This document shows, in pieces, positions 60,801 through 64,000 of a DNA stretch of 64,000 nucleotides. Every line of letters starts with the position of its first letter. Positions within the stretch are counted from its first letter, which is position 1. The notes under the pieces are model-generated. The model was not told the origin of the DNA and made no database searches. It worked only from the letters and a program-made list of their open reading frames with translations. The stretch is from NCBI GenBank assembly GCA_964016885.1, contig OZ024746.1, forward strand, positions 73,284,001 through 73,348,000, written 5' to 3'. Made by a program: the position numbers and the translations under genes. The stretch comes from Eledone cirrhosa. Its lineage: Eukaryota.

Positions 60801-61352
60801 AATAACAAACCTATATTGGCAATGGCCGTGATACCCGGACAAATTCTAAATTTGTTTCGCAACAATTATTAAGTGAAAGTCACTATTCCTGTGCTCTTCT
60901 GCTGGTATCCAGGAAAATTCGTATCTTTCACTTCAAAATACTTAAGAAGACTGAGAAATATGTGTTGTTGAACGCACATGTGTCACAGCGCCTAACTCAT
61001 CTCATACAAGGAAATATTCCCTTCTTTGATCTATTTAATTGTAAAAGACTATTTCGAGTTTATAACTCAATATATGATATTCTCGGCTCCATACGTAGAG
61101 CTAATTTTAGTCCCATAAAATCGGCTGCTATTTTTAGCGGCACAAGTTTGAGACGAGTTAGGCGCTGTGACACACGTGCGTTCAACAACACATATTTCTC
61201 AGTCTTCTTAAGTACTTTGAAGTGAAAGATACGAATTCTCCTGGATACCCGCAAAAGAGCACAGGAATAGTGACTCTCACTTAATAATTGTTTCGAAACA
61301 AATTTAGAATTTGTCCGGGTATCACGGCCATTGCCAATATAGGTTTATTATT
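60801..61352. repeat. Inverted repeat (~200-bp arms); part of the spacer is duplicated downstream
   Basis: Arms 60801-61004 / 61149-61352; 61012-61077 is repeated at 61505-61570. Confidence 0.88.
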
Positions 61353-61620
61353 TTTATTGTTTTTATTATTTTAAATCGAGACAGGCAAACCATATTATGT
61401 TAAATTAATATTTTTCAACCTAGCTTGGTCATTTGCAATTCGAACACATGTATACTTGTATCAGTGTTCATCCCTCATATATTCATTTGTATTACACGGC
61501 TCAGAAATATTCCCTTCTTTGAGCTATTTAATTGTAGAAGACTATTTCGAGTTTATAACTCAAAATATGAATACTTTGGTGCTTTATGGTCCATCTGGTT
61601 CCTTACCACAATTCCTTCGT

Positions 61621-61651
<31 letters not shown>

Positions 61652-61685
61652 AGATTTGAATGGATACAGTTTAGTTGAAAGGAAT

Positions 61686-61802
61686 TTATTGACACGTGTT
61701 TCTATAACAGTTACATAACCTAAAACAGCTATCTACAAACTTTTAGTTATGCAGACATTCAATATTTCAATGTTATTATTTACTGTCATTTCATCAGAAT
61801 AA
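61686..61802 (-). ncRNA. Hammerhead in the pLTR of the Naiad-type PLE, 88-nt helix II
   Basis: ttatt-CTGATGA-aatgacagt...actgttata-GAAAC-acgt-GTC-aataa; canonical core and palindromic loop 3. Confidence 0.82.
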
Positions 61803-62390
61803 TATTACTGAGGACCTATTTAGTTTTTATAGAGAATATTAGGAGGGAGGGGTGAAGTTGTTAGAAGAATAGTTGAAGGAGTGGTTTTTCGATAGCAGTG
61901 AGAATTCTTGGTGGCAGTGAGTAATTAGATTTCCATCTGTTGTTTTGACATTTTTTATAGAATATATTATTGGTTATTTTTCTAAATCTATAGAAGGATT
62001 AGAGATAGTAAAGATATGCGTGGTTGGTTTTGTGTTTGCACTTAACATTCAGACTCAAATTTTTCTTTCAAGTGTACGTATTCTTTCACCCACGCATTCA
62101 CACACAAATATATTTGCACACCTCTACAAAATACATATACTCACAATTCACATATTCATACTTACATATATATACACATGCATACACATATATATACACA
62201 CATGTATTCATGTACATACATACGCGCTCATGTGTATACATTTTCATACTCAACTTATCTTTATATATACACACGTATAGACACACACATATATACATAC
62301 ATACTCTAGTCCATGTGTACACACATACACATACATACACATCCATATACACATACATACATACACATATATATATACATATATATATAC

Positions 62391-62429
<39 letters not shown>

Positions 62430-62458
62430 CACATACATATATACACATATATACATAT

Positions 62459-62495
<37 letters not shown>

Positions 62496-62762
62496 CACTT
62501 TAATACATGAATACACTTACATCTAACTATACACATCAAACATATATATATATTTACTTATTTATATACATTTTCACATATATATACATACTTATGGACG
62601 TTTTTAGACACATTCATTATCGCATATTTGTACCTATTCTCATCAGCATATCTTTTCATTATTAGTATGGTAATTTAAGGTTATTAATATATGTTGAGAA
62701 GAGATTGTTTTTATATTTTTCTAACTAGATTAAGGTTTATATAGTTGGGGGATGTCCCTCTT

Positions 62763-63998
62763 TTATGTAATATTCTGCTTGTAGTGGGAAAAAAGGGTTT
62801 TAGTTCTGTGACGGCAGAATAATGTTCGTTCAATTCTGTTATTCAGCAGTTTCTTCTTGTGTGTGATTATGTAATAAATCTCAAGATTACACAATTTGCA
62901 GAAATTTTGGCTCCTGGAAAAGCTTTGGGTTTTAGCTAATTTTTCCCATTTTAGGGTAAACTTTTGATTGCTATCCCTGAGCGTCCAAGCTTTTTCTGCT
63001 AAAGTTGTTACATTTCTTTGGCTCTGGTGTTTTATTGAGTAAGAATGCCTATACAATCGAGATTTAAACGATGTTGCCGTTGATCCCACGTAATACCACT
63101 CGTTGCCTCCGGATTTAATGGTACACTTATAAATAATATTTTTTTCCCGGCAGTTATTGCCGAGGGGGCAGTTGTCAGGATAGGTGCAGTTACAGTTGTG
63201 TACGTTGGGTTTTCTCTGGAGTAGTATTGCGGACGAACTTAGGTGTGGTTTATTTATGTTCTGTAGTGTATTGTCTACTGTTTTTTGGGGGTTCTTTGTA
63301 CTTAAGTTCTTAGTGTTTTCGTTTAACCTTCTAGTATTGATCTTTTTTATGTGTTGTTCAAGGTTTAACGCTGTAGAGTATGACAGTCTTATAGTGGTAG
63401 GGTTTAGGATTTTGTGGTATTTGTGTGATGTGGGAAAATGTCTTTTAATTATTTTAAAGAAGAGTACTGGTAAATTTGTACTAATGGAGCTATTGTATTC
63501 GGGGTTATACCATAAGTACTCTTTGCATCGCTTTCTATTAGTTTTGTTTGTTGGTTTACTGGTGTGCATACTATGGTAGTAAGAGTGGTTTGGTGTTGTG
63601 TTATTATATCTACCTATGTGGGATTTATTTTGGGTGTTTTGATTGTTCCCATCTATGTACTCTATTTTGTTGAGGTAGCCTGCTTTACTAAGGGCGTTAT
63701 CGTAGTACTCGGCGTGTTCCTTAAATACTTGTATGTTAGAAGATAGACCCGAGATTCTAAGGGAAATATTTTTAGGGATAGATTTAATTATAGAGATGGG
63801 GTGGTTAGACCCAACATTTACGTATTTGAGATTTTCATTCAATTTATGAAACGGTTTAATCAAACCAGAGTTTAAATTGAGTGTGACATCCAGGAAGTTA
63901 ACTACTTTAAGGTTGTATTCATATGTTATAGTTAGTCCTATTTCGAGTAGTAGTTTTCTTATATCTTTGCGTAGTTTTTCTAGTTTTTGGTTATTAAG
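62763..63998 (-). CDS. PLE reverse transcriptase C-terminal part + Cys-rich linker + GIY-YIG endonuclease (5'-partial, open to the window edge)
   Basis: The frame stays open upstream of the annotated start (LEKLRKDIRK...VNFLDVTLNL). It continues with YVNVGSNHP, WYNPEY, CNCTYPDNCPLGNNC, NIIYKC...YYVGSTATSFKSRLYRH, CKLCNLE and LLNNRIE...CRH. Confidence 0.92.
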   Translation of the reverse strand, partial: LNNQKLEKLRKDIRKLLLEIGLTITYEYNLKVVNFLDVTLNLNSGLIKPFHKLNENLKYVNVGSNHPISIIKSIPKNISLRISGLSSNIQVFKEHAEYYDNALSKAGYLNKIEYIDGNNQNTQNKSHIGRYNNTTPNHSYYHSMHTSKPTNKTNRKRCKEYLWYNPEYNSSISTNLPVLFFKIIKRHFPTSHKYHKILNPTTIRLSYSTALNLEQHIKKINTRRLNENTKNLSTKNPQKTVDNTLQNINKPHLSSSAILLQRKPNVHNCNCTYPDNCPLGNNCREKNIIYKCTIKSGGNEWYYVGSTATSFKSRLYRHSYSIKHQSQRNVTTLAEKAWTLRDSNQKFTLKWEKLAKTQSFSRSQNFCKLCNLEIYYIITHKKKLLNNRIERTLFCRHRTKTLFSHYKQNIT

Positions 63999-64000
63999 GT

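Larger units (their letters stand above)
61648..64000 (-). mobile_element. Penelope-like retroelement, probably Naiad clade (ORF, long 3' UTR, pLTR with hammerhead, ending at (TA)n)
   Basis: See the CDS and HHR features; the 3' terminus abuts (TA)n at 61621-61648. Confidence 0.9.

Noticed and set aside
62763-63998. Selenocysteine-encoding Naiad (known in some animals)
   Set aside because: All conserved Cys positions in the visible part are ordinary Cys codons; there is no in-frame TGA.

Overview
AT-rich, microsatellite-saturated animal genomic DNA. It is most likely from a cephalopod such as Octopus, inferred from the SINE families and the (TA)n/(CA)n/(CATA)n load. I found no supportable host gene, and almost all ORFs in the track are microsatellite translations. 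The window is a patchwork of retroelements: Penelope-like elements (PLEs, including an open Naiad-type RT/GIY-YIG ORF running off the right end), R4/Dong-type RLE LINEs sitting in (CATA)n, RTE LINEs, a CRE-type fragment, two tRNA-derived SINE groups and a non-autonomous Helitron. The most striking hidden layer is about 22 type I hammerhead ribozyme (HHR) motifs, found by reading the sequence by eye. Many lie in short non-coding palindromic units embedded in (TA)n that carry one hammerhead on each strand. Several have 60-100 nt insertions in helix II and palindromic loop 3, and two related units show compensatory changes in helix I. All family assignments come from motif recognition, not database searches.
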